A stretch of 64,000 nt of DNA from Eledone cirrhosa (taxonomy: Eukaryota): the NCBI GenBank assembly GCA_964016885.1, contig OZ024741.1, forward strand, positions 92,566,001 through 92,630,000, written 5' to 3'. This document shows, in pieces, positions 23,909 to 38,046 of this stretch; the first letter of the stretch is position 1; each line of letters starts with the position of its first letter. Both the position numbers and the translations under genes were made by a program. The notes beneath the pieces were generated by a model. The model did no database searches and had not been told where the DNA came from. It saw nothing but the letters and a program-made list of their open reading frames with translations.

Positions 23909-24246
23909 CTTGAAGATTTTATAAACTGAGTTTGTAGATTCCAAATCCGCATTAATGCACTTACTGTTGGATTGGTATATTTACAAGCACCAAGCTGGTC
24001 AAATATATTCCACTGATCAAAGCTGAAATAAATATGAAGAACTGTTAACAGATAAACATTCACATATGTCAATGTGAGATAAATATACATATATGAGCAT
24101 AAGAGGAATCAAATGCTGTGTGCAGGAAAGGCGGTTGCATTGGTATGGACATGTGATGCGTATGAAGGATGACAGCTGCATATAACCCTTATATATATAT
24201 ATATACACTTTACGAAAGTCACTGATGTTATTTCCGCAATCTCCTG
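23528..24246 (+). repeat. Direct repeat of about 160 bp (23528-23689 and 24083-24246): RTE internal patch plus (TA)n plus 40 bp
   Basis: Both copies read gagcataagaggaatcaaatgctgt...gacagctgcatataaccct(ta)n cactttacgaaagtcactgatgttatttccgcaatctcctg. Confidence 0.9.
23965..24022 (-). CDS. KIAA0825: KIAA0825-like coding micro-exon (58 nt)
   Basis: tttcag/gtaagt borders, phase 2 to 0; FDQWNIFDQLGACKYTNPT resembles human EQLWDFL (from memory). Confidence 0.8.
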
Positions 24247-24830
24247 ACTGGCCTAATATGTTAGGATTTTATTGTTTTGATATCAAACTAACTGAAACTA
24301 TCTCTGGTCTATGATACACAATTGTTTATTTTTAAATGTATATATTTATCTAAAAACTATGTTATTTCATGAACCTTTGTTAAGTCATGTTCCAAACACC
24401 CAATAGATAATCAGAAAGTTAATTATATTACTAAATCCCTCCAAATTTTTGATAATTTTCAAAATTATTTGAAAATTTTTGTTAAAAATATGGTACTAAA
24501 AGTGTCAAATGTTTCAATTTTAATATTAGAGACCTTATGATTGCAAAGCGAACCTCTTATCCACTCAACCGTGGTTGTGTCCACAATGGTAAAATATATA
24601 CAACACAAGTATTTTATGGCTACTTTCCATGCTAACGCTGAGATTAAATATGTAGGGCCTAATATGACCAGCTTCATACTCATCATGGCGGGCCTTTTTA
24701 AAGCAATATTTTAAGACCAGATGCCCTTCATCATGCCAACCTTTTTAGTCACCTCATACTACATGCAAGGATATGGTGTACCTATTCTAAACCAGATAGA
24801 TTAGAAAATACATATAGAATAAATACATAC

Positions 24831-25057
24831 CGATCAATAACAGGTAGAAGTACTCTCCCTAATGCTTCAGGAAAATACAAGGACATATTTAACAATACTG
24901 TACAGATTGACTTGAAGAGCTGTTTAACAGCCAGTTCATTTTCTGATGCTGTTGTAGAAGACCTGTCTTCTACTTTCAACACACAACTAACATCAGCTTG
25001 TGCTAGACTTTGAGTCAAGAATAAAATTGGTAGAGTGAAGTTCTTCATAACAAGAGC
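24831..25057 (-). CDS. KIAA0825: KIAA0825-like coding exon
   Basis: ttacag/gtatgt borders, phase 0 to 2; ALVMKNFTLPILFL...YFPEALGRVLLPVID. Confidence 0.87.
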
Positions 25058-25768
25058 CTGTAAGAAAAGAAATAAATTGATTAATTATCTTGTAAACTTG
25101 CTGCCTTTAGCCTTTTCATTATCATTACCATATTTTTAATGACATATACTGCCTATATGTTTTTTCAATTAATTTCGAAAATAATCAAGAATTTGGTGGA
25201 ATTTTGTAAAATAACTTTTTAGTTACCAAGCTGCTATAACTTAACAAAGAGTTCTTACATAAAAAGAGAGAAGCTAATCAGACTGGGCCAAAGAAACTGT
25301 TTCCATTGGACTATTGCTGATACTCTCAGCTGGTAGAAACTCCTGAGAGAAGGGGGTTGGATAGAACTCAGAACACACTGAGCTAAAACAGATACTGCAA
25401 AGCATCCTATTCAACTCTTTAACAATTCCACTAATCTACCCTACCTGGAGCGGTATTTTATTTATTGAACCCAAAAAGGAAGAAAATCAAAGTTGACCTC
25501 GGTGGGATTTAAACAGAGAGTGAAGAGATCTGGAACAAATATCAAGACATTTATTCTGGTGCTCTAACAACTGTGAATCCACTGCCTATACTCTACTAAT
25601 TAGACACCTACATAAGTTCTTCTACAAAATTATGATGAAAGGTTTGGATATAAATATGAACACTAAAAAAAAGATTTGTAATAAGGAACCAGAGTCAGTT
25701 TCAGGCGAGTTAGTAACAAAAGGGTTAAATACAACAGCATTAAAAAGTAACAAGAGTCTTGTGATTAC

Positions 25769-25859
25769 CTGAATGACAAGAGACCAGACTGGGTATGGTT
25801 GACATACAAGAAGTTTGGTATGAATGTACAAAGCTACAGTTGTCTGAAGATCACCATAA
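25769..25859 (-). CDS. KIAA0825: KIAA0825-like coding exon
   Basis: tattag/gtaatc borders, phase 2 to 0; KLLVCQPYPVWSLVIQ resembles human KLLLSQPRCNWNLLLE (from memory). Confidence 0.87.
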
Positions 25860-26170
25860 CTAATAAAGAAAAAATAATTAATTAATTGATTGATTAATTA
25901 ATTAAAAACCTATATGTGTAAGAGACATTCTCAAATACTAACTGCAGTAAGTTGATAAAGAGTAAGTTAAAAGAGAGAAATAGTGAGGGATAGAGTGTGT
26001 GTGTGTGTGTGTGAAAGAAAGAAATACAAGGAAGAAGTGAGAGTGTGAAGGAAAGCAATATGAAGAAAAGCATGTGTGAGTATATGTATGAGAGAGAGAG
26101 AGATGACTTTTCTTAATACGAAGCATCTTAAAAATAATTTGTGAGTAGAATTTTTAAATAGTAAACTTAC

Positions 26171-26308
26171 TTTTTCTGTCCCTGATGTAATAACTTGGGA
26201 TGAATCCATGACAACCAATGAGAATTATAGCTATGACTATCATCAATAAGAAGAACAGAATGACTGAAGGAGTTGTGCTTTTGTATCTGGTGAATCTTTC
26301 GACAGGCT
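26171..26308 (-). CDS. KIAA0825: KIAA0825-like coding exon
   Basis: tcacag/gtaagt borders, phase 2 to 2; ACRKIHQ...SHWLSWIHPKLLHQGQK. Confidence 0.83.
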
Positions 26309-26360
26309 CTGTGAAGAATGAAATAGCAACTGAGTAAAAATATAACAGATTGAAAGGTTA

Positions 26361-29300
26361 TGTAGCGCGCTCTAGACAAGGGAAGTAGCTAGAGTTACTT
26401 CCCGTCGAAAGTCTAGAACCCTCTTTGTAACTTCCGGAAAGAGGATATAAATAGCGGCAACGCAATCAAGCTCTCTCTCTTCTGGTGCTTTCCCTTCGGA
26501 TTGACAACACAGGACACGAGCATGTTATCTTCTCTCTAATCACACACTATGGACCGGAATACTTAATATGCAGAAGAATATTTACTAACCACAATTGTAA
26601 CATGAAGCACCAATAAAATGAAGATTTAAATTTGATACTCGTTGAGATACTGCCTGCGTTTTTATCATTACCTTTGTGTTGAGAAATTAACTCTCACTCG
26701 ACATGGTGTTAAGTGAAATCTCTTATCTTTCCTTAAAAACTTAGTAGTTAGATTCCGGTGGTATTTACTCGAGTGAATAACTCCGGGTCTAGCAGTACAC
26801 TAAAATGATGACCCGACATAAAGAAAAATAATAAAAAAAAAAAAGGAAACACCAACAAAAAAAATGATAATTTCCGGATACGCATAATGGAATTTTCTCG
26901 AGTGCCTACTTCGGCAGATCCACACATTGCTTCTTCTACCTTTAAAGCACAGCCTGTTCCACCTCGTGAGGACTCTATACTGAGAGCCATTGACGCGCTA
27001 TCTCGTCAAGTGACTAAACTGTGTTGGGAACGAACACATTCCAGATGGCATCCACGGAGTCTTTCTCCTTCTTTTCATCGTCACGCCAAAACCCCCGCCA
27101 ACAACTCATCTTTATGTTGGTATCACGTGCGTTTTCGTGAAAAGGCGAATAATTGTATTCAACTCAGCTCTTTCGGGACTTCGGAAAACTAAACCTGGAG
27201 AATCTGGGCACGGCAGATCTCTCCCCCATTAATTCTCCTTATCGTGCCTTTTTTATAAAAGATCGAATTCCAAACAAATCGTTTATGGTCGACACAGGTT
27301 CTAGCTGCAGTATTTGGCCCCTTCGTTTCAGCTGTACCAAGCCAAATTTTTCCGGTATTTCCTTGTATGCAGTAAACCAGTCTCCTATAAAACTTATGGA
27401 CAAATATCTCTATCATTGGACCTAGCTTTACGTCGGGATTTCAAATGGATTTTCGTTGTAGCGGACCTACCCCACCCTATTCTCAGTGCGAATTTTTTAC
27501 ACCACTACTCACTGTTAGTAGATGTCAGGAAACAGAAACTTGTGGATGGCACCACATCTTTATCTACGCCTGCTCGTGGTTCTACTGTTGCCACCATAAG
27601 TCTCGGGTGTTTCATAGCTGCCTCTGGAAACCAGTTTCATTCCCTTCTTGCCTCATTTCCCGAGTTAACTGACATTTCATTTAAACCGAACCAAGTAATC
27701 CACTCGACTCGACATTTTATTACAACAACTGCTCCGCCTGTTTTTTCTCGGCCACGTAGGCTGGCTCCAGACAGGCTAAAAAAAACCAGGGATGAGTTCA
27801 ATCACATGCTTCAGCTTGGTCTTATACGACCGTCCACCAGCCCATGGGCATCCCCGCTTCATTTGGCTCGTAAGGGTGAAGCGGATTTTAGACCTGTGGG
27901 TGATTATAGACGACTTAACGCTATCACAACACCTGATCATTATTCTCTACCAAATTTACAGGATTTTTCATCCGCTCTGCATGGATGCAAGATATTTTCT
28001 AAAATAGATCTGGTACGCGCTTACCATCAAATACCCATGCATCCGGAAGACATACCAAAAACAGCTGTGACCACCCCTTTTGGTTCGTTTGAATTCCTAT
28101 CCATGCCTTTTGGTTTGCGGAATGCTTCTAGTACGTTCCAGCGTTTTATCAATGAAGTCATGCATGGATTGGATTTTGTGTTTGCTTACGTTGATGATCT
28201 GATAGCCAGTGATTCAGATGAACACATCTCAGTTATTTCAACGTCTCCAATCATATGAAGTCAGAATCAACCCAGCTAAATGTGTGTTTGGTGCAGATTC
28301 ACTGGAGTTCCTCGGACACCTTATAGATTTAGAAGTCCTTTGCCAGCTAAAGTAGAGGCGATTCAGCAATTAGCACCACCAACATCCTTGAAACAATTAC
28401 GCAATTTCTTGGGATTAATTAACTTTTATCGTCGCTTTATTCCTAACTGTGCAGACAAGTTATTCCCCTTGACACAGTTTTTAAGGGCTGCAAAAAAGAA
28501 AGATGAAAAAATTTCACTTTCTGTCGATGCATTGCAGTCTTTTACATCCGTCAAGTCTGAGCTAGCTATAGTTTCCTTCCTTGCCCATCTTGTTGCAAAT
28601 GCGAGATTTTCCTTATCTGTTGATGCATCTGATCGTGCTGTTGGCGCAGTTTTGCATCATGTAATCGATCACCAAGTTCAACCATTGGCATTTTTCTCTC
28701 GCCAATTAAAACCAGTGACAGAGAACTTTTGGCGGTTTATCTTGCCGTGTAGCACTTCCACCACTTTTTGGAGGGGCGGGAATTCACGATATTCACGGAC
28801 CACAAGCCGTTAACGTTTGCTTTACAATCCAAGTCCGACAAGTACTCTCCGAGAGCGTATAGGCATCTGGATCTCATCTCACAGTATACCAGTGACATTC
28901 GTCACATAGCTGGAACTTCCAACATACTTGCGGACGCACTATCTTGACTTTCTGTGTGTTCTCTTGCGTCTCCTGCACATATCGATTTAGTTGCCATTGC
29001 AACTGACCAACCTACTTTGGATTCACTGGACATTTCCTCTGACCAGTTCTCCTGCTGCAAATTGGAATATTTACCTCTTCCATCTTCTAAAGGGAAAATT
29101 CTCTGCGATATTTCTACTGGCTCACCCAGACCACTTGTTCCAGATTGTCATCAGCGTACCGTTTTTGATGCACTTCATTCCTTGTCACATCCTGGCATAG
29201 CTGCCACGGTGAAGCTTATTACGGCTCGATTCTTCTGGCCTAATATGCGTCTTTTAATCACCAGTTGGGCACTTCTTGCTTGAAGTGTCAGCGCTCTAAG

Positions 29301-31078
29301 ATTCATCAGCATGTCCGCACTCCTCTTCGGAAAATCAGCCCACCAGATGCACGTTTCCGTCATATATACATGGATATTGTGGTCCATGGCCCGTTAGTCG
29401 TGGCTTCACATACATATTGACTTACATCGATTGTTTCTTTCGGTGGCCTGAAGCCATACCCCTCATGGACATAACAGCAGAGTCCGTTGCCCGAGCTTTC
29501 ATTTCCAATTGGATTGCTCGTTTCAGTGTTCCTACTAAAATAACTATGGATCGTGGACGCCAATTTGAGGCTTCCTTATTTCATGAAATATCACGACTCT
29601 TGGGTGCTCATCACATCCATACAACCAGCTATCACCCAGCCTCCAATGGAATGATCGAGAGGTTTCATAGACAGTTGAAAGCTGCACTTCGCGCTACTCC
29701 TTATCCACAATGTTGGACTGAATTTTTGCCTATCGTGCTTCTTGGTTGTCGTGCTGCCATTAAGATAGATTTAGGTTTTTCTTCTGCTGAACTTCTTTAT
29801 GGTACCACATTGTCTCTTCCTGGACAAATGTTAGCACCAATGGATTCATCACATCTTGACCCAGCATCATATGTCACCAGGATTCGTTCGTATTTCTCGG
29901 ATCTTCCACCGATGAACCCTCATGACCAATCTATTTATTCTGCTGTCCCATCGGACATCTCTACGTGGACACACATTTTCATACGGAATGATTCCGTCAG
30001 GGGACCTCTTACGTCACCTTATAATGGACTTTTTCGTGTGCTATCGCACACACCCAAACATTTCACAGTGGCTGTCAATGGTCAAAAAAAGACAATATCC
30101 ATTGACAGAGCAAAAAAGGCTTTCTCCGAAAGTCTCATCACACTGCCTGATACACCTCGTACATACACTCCTACACCAACACTTTTACCTCCACCGCAAA
30201 CACCACATACCACACAACCTTATGTCACACGAAGTGGCAGGACAGTAAAATGGCCACGAAAACTCTCAAAAACAATATATATTTAAACCCTAGTGGCATT
30301 AACATACCTCTTCTTTTTCAGTTTTCAGATAGAACTAGTGTCAAAAAAGTCTGTACACTAGTGATGTATGAACTATTTGACTTTGAAAAACATTGATTTT
30401 ATCATTTTTCCATTGAGCATCAATATTCTCTGCTCCTTTGTATGACTATGATTTATCATTCGTTACATTCAAACATTCTTTGTAAAAATGCATTACTTGT
30501 TTTATGCTCATTTTGCTATTTGCTTGCTCATGTTTTATTCATTCATGTCCTTGTACCTTTTGTTTTGCTCCTCATGTTCTCACTACAATGATTTCATTTG
30601 GTCATTCAACTTCTCATCTGAGAGAGGAGTCTTGTAGCGCTCTCTAGACAAGGGAAGTAGCTAGAGTTACTTCCCGTCGAAAGTCTAGAACCCTCTTTGT
30701 AACTTCCGGAAAGAGGATATAAATAGTGGCAACGCAATCAAGCTCTCTCTCTTCTGGTGCTTTCCCTTCGGATTGACAACACAGGACACGAGCATGTTAT
30801 CTTCTCTCTAATCACACACTATGGACCGGAATACTTAATATGCAGAAGAATATTTACTAACCACAATTGTAACATGAAGCACCAATAAAATGAAGATTTA
30901 AATTTGATACTCGTTTTGAGATACTGCCTGCGTTTTTATCATTACCTTTGTGTTGAGAAATTAACTCTCACTCGACATGGTGTTAAGTGAAATCTCTTAT
31001 CTTTCCTTAAAAACTTAGTAGTTAGATTCCGGTGGTATTTACTCGAGTGAATAACTCCGGGTTTAGCAGCACACTAAA
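26361..31078 (+). mobile_element. Ty3/Gypsy LTR retrotransposon, defective
   Basis: LTRs at 26361-26804 and 30633-31078, about 99% identical; 4-bp TSD GTTA; PBS-like tgatgacccgac (tRNA-Trp-like, from memory); PPT gagagaggag; domain order PR (VDTGS), RT (YVDD), RNase H (DAS), IN (H-H-C-C, D-D-E). Confidence 0.95.
26887..30286 (+). pseudogene. Truncated gag plus frameshifted pol of the Gypsy element
   Basis: gag is reduced to a C-terminal piece (LCWYH..F...A..C). pol is broken into at least 6 ORF pieces. Confidence 0.88.
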
Positions 31079-31214
31079 GTTATAACAGTCATATTTACTG
31101 TTTAGTGTTTAAGTAACAAAACAGTATGAAACAACAAGCATTTTTATGCCAGTTTCCTCATTGAAACAGATTCTCTATTTTGCCCTATCCACTGCATCCA
31201 GCTTCACCAACCTC

Positions 31215-33240
31215 TTGGCTTTAATTTCCTATTCCATCTTCTCACTAACACTTTAGTTATGACTAAGTTTACTCTCAGACCTTTTGATTCCAAATTTTAG
31301 TTTCCATAATCGGAATTTATTTTCTAGTTCTTTGGTTTCAGCTATGAGGACCAAATCCTCTGTTATGGCCTGAAGAACTACGATGAACAACAATGGGCTA
31401 AGAACTGAACCTTGATGAACTCCTACCTGTACCTTGAATTCCTTGTTAAACTCATTTCCTACTCTCCCTTTACTGACAGCTACTCTGTACATAGCTTGCA
31501 TGGTCTCACAAACCATTCTTCTACACCTAATTTCCTTAAGCACTACCAGATAATATATCAAGGTACTCTGTCAAAGGCCTTCTCTAGATCAACAAAAGCT
31601 AAATATAGTGGCTTATTTTTTGCTAAAAACTTCTTTTGGTGTTGCCTCACTAAGAAGAGGGCATCTGTAGTACTTTTCCCAGGCATGAAACCAAATTGCA
31701 TCTCATCTATTTTGACTCTTTCCCTAATTAGCGACACTATAACGCTTTTTGTCACTTTCATAACCTGGTCCGTTAGTTTTATTCCTCTATAGTTGCTCTT
31801 TACTAGAGCATCACTTTTTGCCCTTGTAGTAATTTATGATTGTGCTGCTGCACCAGTCATTGGGTATGACTCCGTTATGTATTACTTGATTTACTATGTG
31901 GGTTACTAGTTTGACTCCTACCTCTCCCGGTGCTTTTAGTATCTCAGCAACTATTTCAGATAGTCCCACAGATTTACCATTCTTCATCTCCTTCATTGCG
32001 TTTTTGACCCTAAAACTATCAACTTCAATAGCTGGTCCTTCCTTTGGATAAATTGGGGTTAGTTTCCCTTCCTCCCATTCATTCTCTACATTCATCAATC
32101 TCTTATAGTAACATTTCCAGGCCTCTTTCTTTTGGACATCAGTGGTGCTAAATGCACCAGCATCATTTCTAACACATTTTCCCCCAACAACATCTCAATT
32201 TACACTAATACACTGCCTTGCAATACGAAACACTTCACATTTCTGATCCTCCTGTCTAAAGACATTGGCAAATTTACTTTCTTCAGCCTCTCTCCGAGCT
32301 GTGTATACCTGTCGCCTAGCTTCTTTTTAGTTACTTGATACTGGTCTCTGCTACCCCCATTTTTCCAGTCTTTCCATGCCTGTCTCTTGGCTTTAATGGC
32401 TGTATCTACTGTGCTGTTCCACCATCAGGTCACCTAGCTGGTGCTTTACTCCAGCCACAAGTCTTGCCAGTAGTTTGCAAAAGGTTGTTGCGTAAGAATT
32501 TCCAGTTGTTCTCTATGTTATATGTATCTAACTCATCATCCCTCTCAAGTGGATCCTGTAGGGCTTTTCTAAACCTATTTTAATTAAGAGGTCCTTTAAA
32601 TTCCACACCTTCCATCTCCATATTTTCCTTGTCATGTTGTCTTTTGTTTATTTTGATGTTACTAATAACTAACTTGTGCTGGGCAGTGCATTCTTCTCCG
32701 AGGAAGGCCTTAATATTTATTACAGTCCATTTGTCTTGTTGTCTAACAACTAAATAATCGATTTGGCTTGTTTGTTCACCAAATTGATATGAAATCAGGT
32801 GGCTGGCTGGTTTCCTGAAATTTGTATTGCAGATGGTTAGTTCATTTGTGTCACAGAATTCCAGGAGTCTCAGCCCCTCTTTATTCCTTGAGCCATAACC
32901 ATAGCCACCATCAACTTTGTTGAATCCATCCTTGTACTGTCCTATATGTCCATTAAAGTTGCCTGCCAGGATGATGCGGACTCTTTCATCAGTACCTAAA
33001 ATTGTCTGTAAAAGTTCCTCATAGAACCCATCCTTTTGTTCTTTACCCAGTCCTGTCACCAGTCTATTTCCTACAGTTAATCTAAGCTTGATGATTCTGT
33101 CACTTACTCTAACTACCTCTATCACCTTATCTATCCATTTCTCAGTTAGGATGCCTACACCTGCTACCCCATTGTCATTTCCTACCCAGTAGAGTTTATA
33201 TCTAAATTGCTTGCCCGTAATTAGTCTCACTAAGAGCAGC
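31215..33240 (-). mobile_element. Decayed RTE-clade LINE (APE plus RT)
   Basis: GVGIL..LAGNFNGHIG..GYG.RN.EG..QIDY; QFGFMPGKSTTD..DLEKAFD..VHQGSVLSP; many stops. Confidence 0.88.
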
Positions 33241-33552
33241 AAATTGGCAGTCAAATTGGTTCTCTGTGCTCTGGATAAAAGGCAATGTTAACATTGCTTT
33301 TCAGGAGAGAAAGTGGGGGAGGGGGTGTCAATGAAGTTAAGTAGTAATCCAGGGCAAAAGTATTAGCAATATCATTAGAGCAGGAGCTGGCAACAGGGGT
33401 GGGTCACAGACTTTTTCCAAAAAAATTTTAAATCATCATATCATCATCATCATCATTTAACATCTGTTTTGACACAGGAAACTACCACTGCCTAAACTAA
33501 TCTGTCATAAAGTGATCATTACATGATGGGTTTATTATAGAATATATGTGTG

Positions 33553-36500
33553 GATAATGATAATAATAATGAAAATATTGTGTACAGTGCTCAGGTGCAC
33601 TACAACTCATCAAAGGTGTATGTATGGTACATAGGGTAATGTACAAACGTCAGGAAAATGAACAGTGCATGAGTCATGATATACACATGTGTGCATGTGT
33701 ATGGAAGGGGGACATCAGGTGTAGTTTTGGCGAATTTCGGGAAACATAAGGGTTTTAAAGGATGTAGTGTCTCGGCAGCTAACAACTGACGCAGGCAGTT
33801 TGTTCCATCCTTCAGCAACTCTAAGCATGAAAAAATGTTTCCGAAAGTCATGGGAGTTGTGCTGTTTTCTGACTTTGAAGACATATCCACGCGTGTTAGA
33901 CACATGGAGATCAAAAAGGTGCTCAGGGTTGTTGTTGGCGAGATAGTTAATAACTTTGTGGGTGTTTACAAAGTTCATTGCCAGATGTCGGAGCTTCAAT
34001 GAATCCATGCCCAGGGAAGCAAGGCGTTCAGAGTATGGTAGGTGTCTGATGGAGGGTATGCGCTTGGTTGCACGTCTCTGAACAGTTTTCAGGAGGTCAA
34101 TGTTCTGAGCAAGATAGGGGTTCCAGACTGATGATGCGAATTCCAAGTGTGGTCGTACCATAGCTGTATACAGCTTTAAATAGATGGCTGGAGAGCGGCT
34201 AACAAAGGTCTTGCTGAGTGATGCCAAGACACCCTCAGCCTTCTTGACAATTTTAGAGATATGCTTTGTCCAACGCAAATTGCTGCTAACGGTAATGCCC
34301 AGGTCACGTTCACAAGAGGACTTCTTGATATCAGTGTTGTGGGGGGAGTATGTGGACGCTGGATTTTTTCCTCCCAAAATGCATAGTGGTACACTTGTCC
34401 ACAGCCAGCTTCAGTTGCCAGTCTGTGATCCATTGCTGCATTGTGTCCAGGTCTGATTGTAGGAAAGAGTTATAGATTTCAGGATCTGTCCTTTTGATTT
34501 CAAGGTACAGCTTGATGTCATCTGCATATTTCAGTACTGTGGCATTCTTTAAGTTGGCATCTATGTCATTAATGTATGCAACAAACAAAAGGAGACCAAG
34601 AACAGATCCCTGTGGTACACCAGATGACATCTCATATGGTGAAGAATGCTGTCCTAGAATCGTGACTACCTCTTTTCGGCTGAGAATGAAGGATTTCAAC
34701 CAGTTAAAAAATCATCCTTCACACCCATTGTAGAGAGTTTCGCCATAAGTCTTTTGTGTGTCACAGAATTAAAAGCCTTAGCGAAGTCAAGGTAAACAAC
34801 ATCCACCCATGAGCTGGGTAATGTCTTCAAAGAACTCGATAAGCTGATCACAGCAGCTGGAGTTAGGGATAAATCCAAATTATGAGGGCCGGATGAGGCT
34901 GTGAGAGCTCCAGAAGTTCTAAAGTGTTTCTCTGACACAGGATTCCATCAGTTTGGCAATACAGCTAGTAAGACTGACTGGACGATAGTTGACAGGTGAC
35001 ATGCGGTTGCCCTTTTTGAACAGGAGAATGACACTAGCAGTTTTCCACTGCTCCGGAGTAGCACCATTGTTGAGACAGTATTGAAAGAAGAAAGAAAGCA
35101 GGTGCAAAAGGAAGTACCCGCCACGTTTGAGAAGCAGGTATGTAACACCATCAAGACCAGGGGAGGCATAGTTGCGCTTATTCTTAAGGTGACGTTGCAG
35201 CATTGCAGGTGTAAATTCCATAGTTGTTATGGAATTTGATGTTAGAGATGGTGGAGATGGTACATTCTGGTTTTCAACAGTAAAAATGCTTGCATAGCAC
35301 TCAGCAATGAGTTCTGCGTATTCTTTGGGATCGTCAGTGATCTGACTTGTGTGGGGATTGCGAAGAGGACCAACTGGAGAGTGGAGTCTCTGCTTTGAAT
35401 GTACATATTTCCAGAACACCTTACTATCAGGATTGGTTGCTATGCACTGTTCAAATTCAAGCACTGCCTTTTTTGTCACTTGCTTGAGATGGTTGGAAAT
35501 TTATTCCGCTTTTTTCTGTTGGCATCTGATTTATGCAGTTTATATTCCCGTTCAGCATTCCAACGTTCTTTCCTGGCAAGTCGGACCGCTGAAGTTTCCC
35601 AAATTGCACTTTTGGGGTCGTTTTTTTTTCTGCTTACGTGGCATCGATGCTGCACACGCTATCCATATTGAGTCCAGGATGCTCTGGAGTATAGTGTTCA
35701 CATCTCCAGAGTTATAGAACTCATGCCAGTTTGGGCGCTGTAGCTCAGTGCAGTACAAGTTCCAATCTGCTTTCTTCTAATCAAAGCAAGCAGATTGGAG
35801 ATGGTTCTAGTTTTTGTTGCTGCCCTCAAGTGCCAGATTGGCAATGATCATAGCATGATCAGAGTCGCCTAGAGGTTCCTCAGTAGTACAACGAAAAACC
35901 ACTTCAGGAGTAGTGGTGAAGAGCAGGTCCAAAGTGTTGTCACGTCTTGTTGGAGAGGTGACTACTTATGACCAGTCTGAGTCCAGCACTAGCTCAAGGA
36001 AATCGTTTGCACTTTGTGGCCAACGAAAGGTTTCCCAATCGATCTCAGGATGATTGAAGTCACCTGCAATAAACACATAAGTGGCTGTTTTCCTGGCAGC
36101 AGCTCTGAGGATATCGCAAAGTTGTGTGTCCTGATGGTAGTTTGGAGGGGCGATAAACAACACCAACCAGAAATGTTGACATGGTCATGAGTACATCACA
36201 GAAAAAAACTTCTTGTGATTCGTTCAAATCAACGCAAGGAATTACCGAAAAATTTGAATGAACGAAGACCATCACACCACCACCACAGCAATTAATGCAG
36301 TCCTTGCGGAACAGGTTGTACCCAGTAATGCTGAAAACCCCATCACAGAGTAACGAATGTGCCCATGATTCCTGATGAAGTCAGGGTCGATGCTTCTGAC
36401 GTAGGAGTTAAACAGATGTATCTTGTTGCATAAACTGCGAGCATTTAAGGACAACAATTTGTACCCTGCTTGCAGTTTATGAGGGTGTGTAGAGGATGGC

Positions 36501-36600
36501 AGGTTATTCTGGTTTAGTTTCCCAGAGTTGTTGCAGTTTTTTCATTGCCAGTTATTGTGGGTAGAGCACACTCAGACCAGCTGGTATCTCTCTTCCACGT
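33553..36600 (-). mobile_element. CR1-clade LINE, decayed ORF2
   Basis: LNARSL, GDFNHPEIDW, LDLLFT, SDH; NYRPVSLTS, YLDFAKAF, SGVPQGSVLG, YADD, RDLG, RPHLEF..WNP, VQRRATK; (TTA)n tail. Confidence 0.9.
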
Positions 36601-37020
36601 TTTCCCAGCCTTAACAAACCTCCAGATCTCACAACGATGCTACCCAATTCCACATTGTTAAATATAACTGGTGGTAGAAGGGCATCCAACAGCCATAAAA
36701 ACCCAGCTTAGGATGAGTAAGGCATTGTGCGGCCAACTGACAATCTCTCCTACTTAATGGGACCACCCATCTCCCAAAATATGGTTCCGCTGTGAGCAGA
36801 GTATGTGCAGCCAACAAGCCAGGCCTTCCACATTACAGTGCCACACTGTAAACGTGGTTGGTGTTAGGAAGGGCATACAACAGCTGTAAAAATCAAAGCC
36901 AAAATACAGTTCCATCCAAGCAAAGTACGGTGCAGCCAGCTGACCAGACTTGTCTCATAATGTAGACAACCTGTTTAAACAATGCAAGCATGGAAAACAA
37001 ACGTTAAACGGTGATGATAA

Positions 37021-37093
<73 letters not shown>

Positions 37094-37258
37094 TATACAT
37101 ACATACACACTCGTACATATATATATATATATATATATCTATATATATATATATTTATCTTGTCTTACGAATGAATTGGATATCCTTGCAAGAATCATCT
37201 AGTTTCTTGAAACCTTTAGTAATGAAATAATTATATTGTGTTGTTTATTATGTAATTA

Positions 37259-37293
<35 letters not shown>

Positions 37294-37325
37294 CATCACC
37301 AAATAATAATATCTAGAATACTTAC

Positions 37326-37505
37326 TTATAAAGCAGCTCAACTGGAGAAGTAACAACGGCAAGGACAGACAAGAGGATTGAACAAAGGTTGTGTATGGTA
37401 TAGTGGGGTTGTTGGTTATAACCTGGTTCCAGTAGTTTCACACTTGAGTCACAAATGTACATCATTTGGTCAAACATACAAAGTAAGATTGTAATGATGT
37501 CCATT
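37326..37505 (-). CDS. KIAA0825: KIAA0825-like coding exon
   Basis: ttttag/gtaagt borders, phase 2 to 2; MDIITILLC...IHNLCSILLSVLAVVTSPVELLYK resembles human LDVTTILIC...[24 protein letters not shown] (from memory). Confidence 0.92.
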
Positions 37506-37999
37506 CTAAAACAATTAGAAATATACAATAAAAGATGTTTAGTTAAAGCTCTCTGTACATTACATAATATCAATAATATGAAACAAACACATGAGACTTA
37601 TATATAAAATGAGAAATAAACACACATAGTTTTTGTTTTAAAATCATTCTAAGGCAACAAATGAATATCGATGTGGTTGATTGACCTGCTAAAAATAGTA
37701 ACCATATTTCCTTAAAATCCAACCCAATCATCATCATTTTTATATCAAATTTTCCATATTGGTATGGGTGAGACAGACTTTTTGAAGCAATGCTTTACAA
37801 CCCGATGCCCTTCCTGACACTAACCCTTTTAGTTGCTTCTTATAACATGCAGGGATATAATATACATATTATACAGATACACATGGCTTATATATATATG
37901 AAAAATTCAGAAACCCGATGGATGAGCTCAACAGCTAGATTATTCCAAGTATCAAGTACTCTGGTGAGTAATGGTCTAACTGGTTTTTACTGCCTCCAT

Positions 38000-38046
<47 letters not shown>

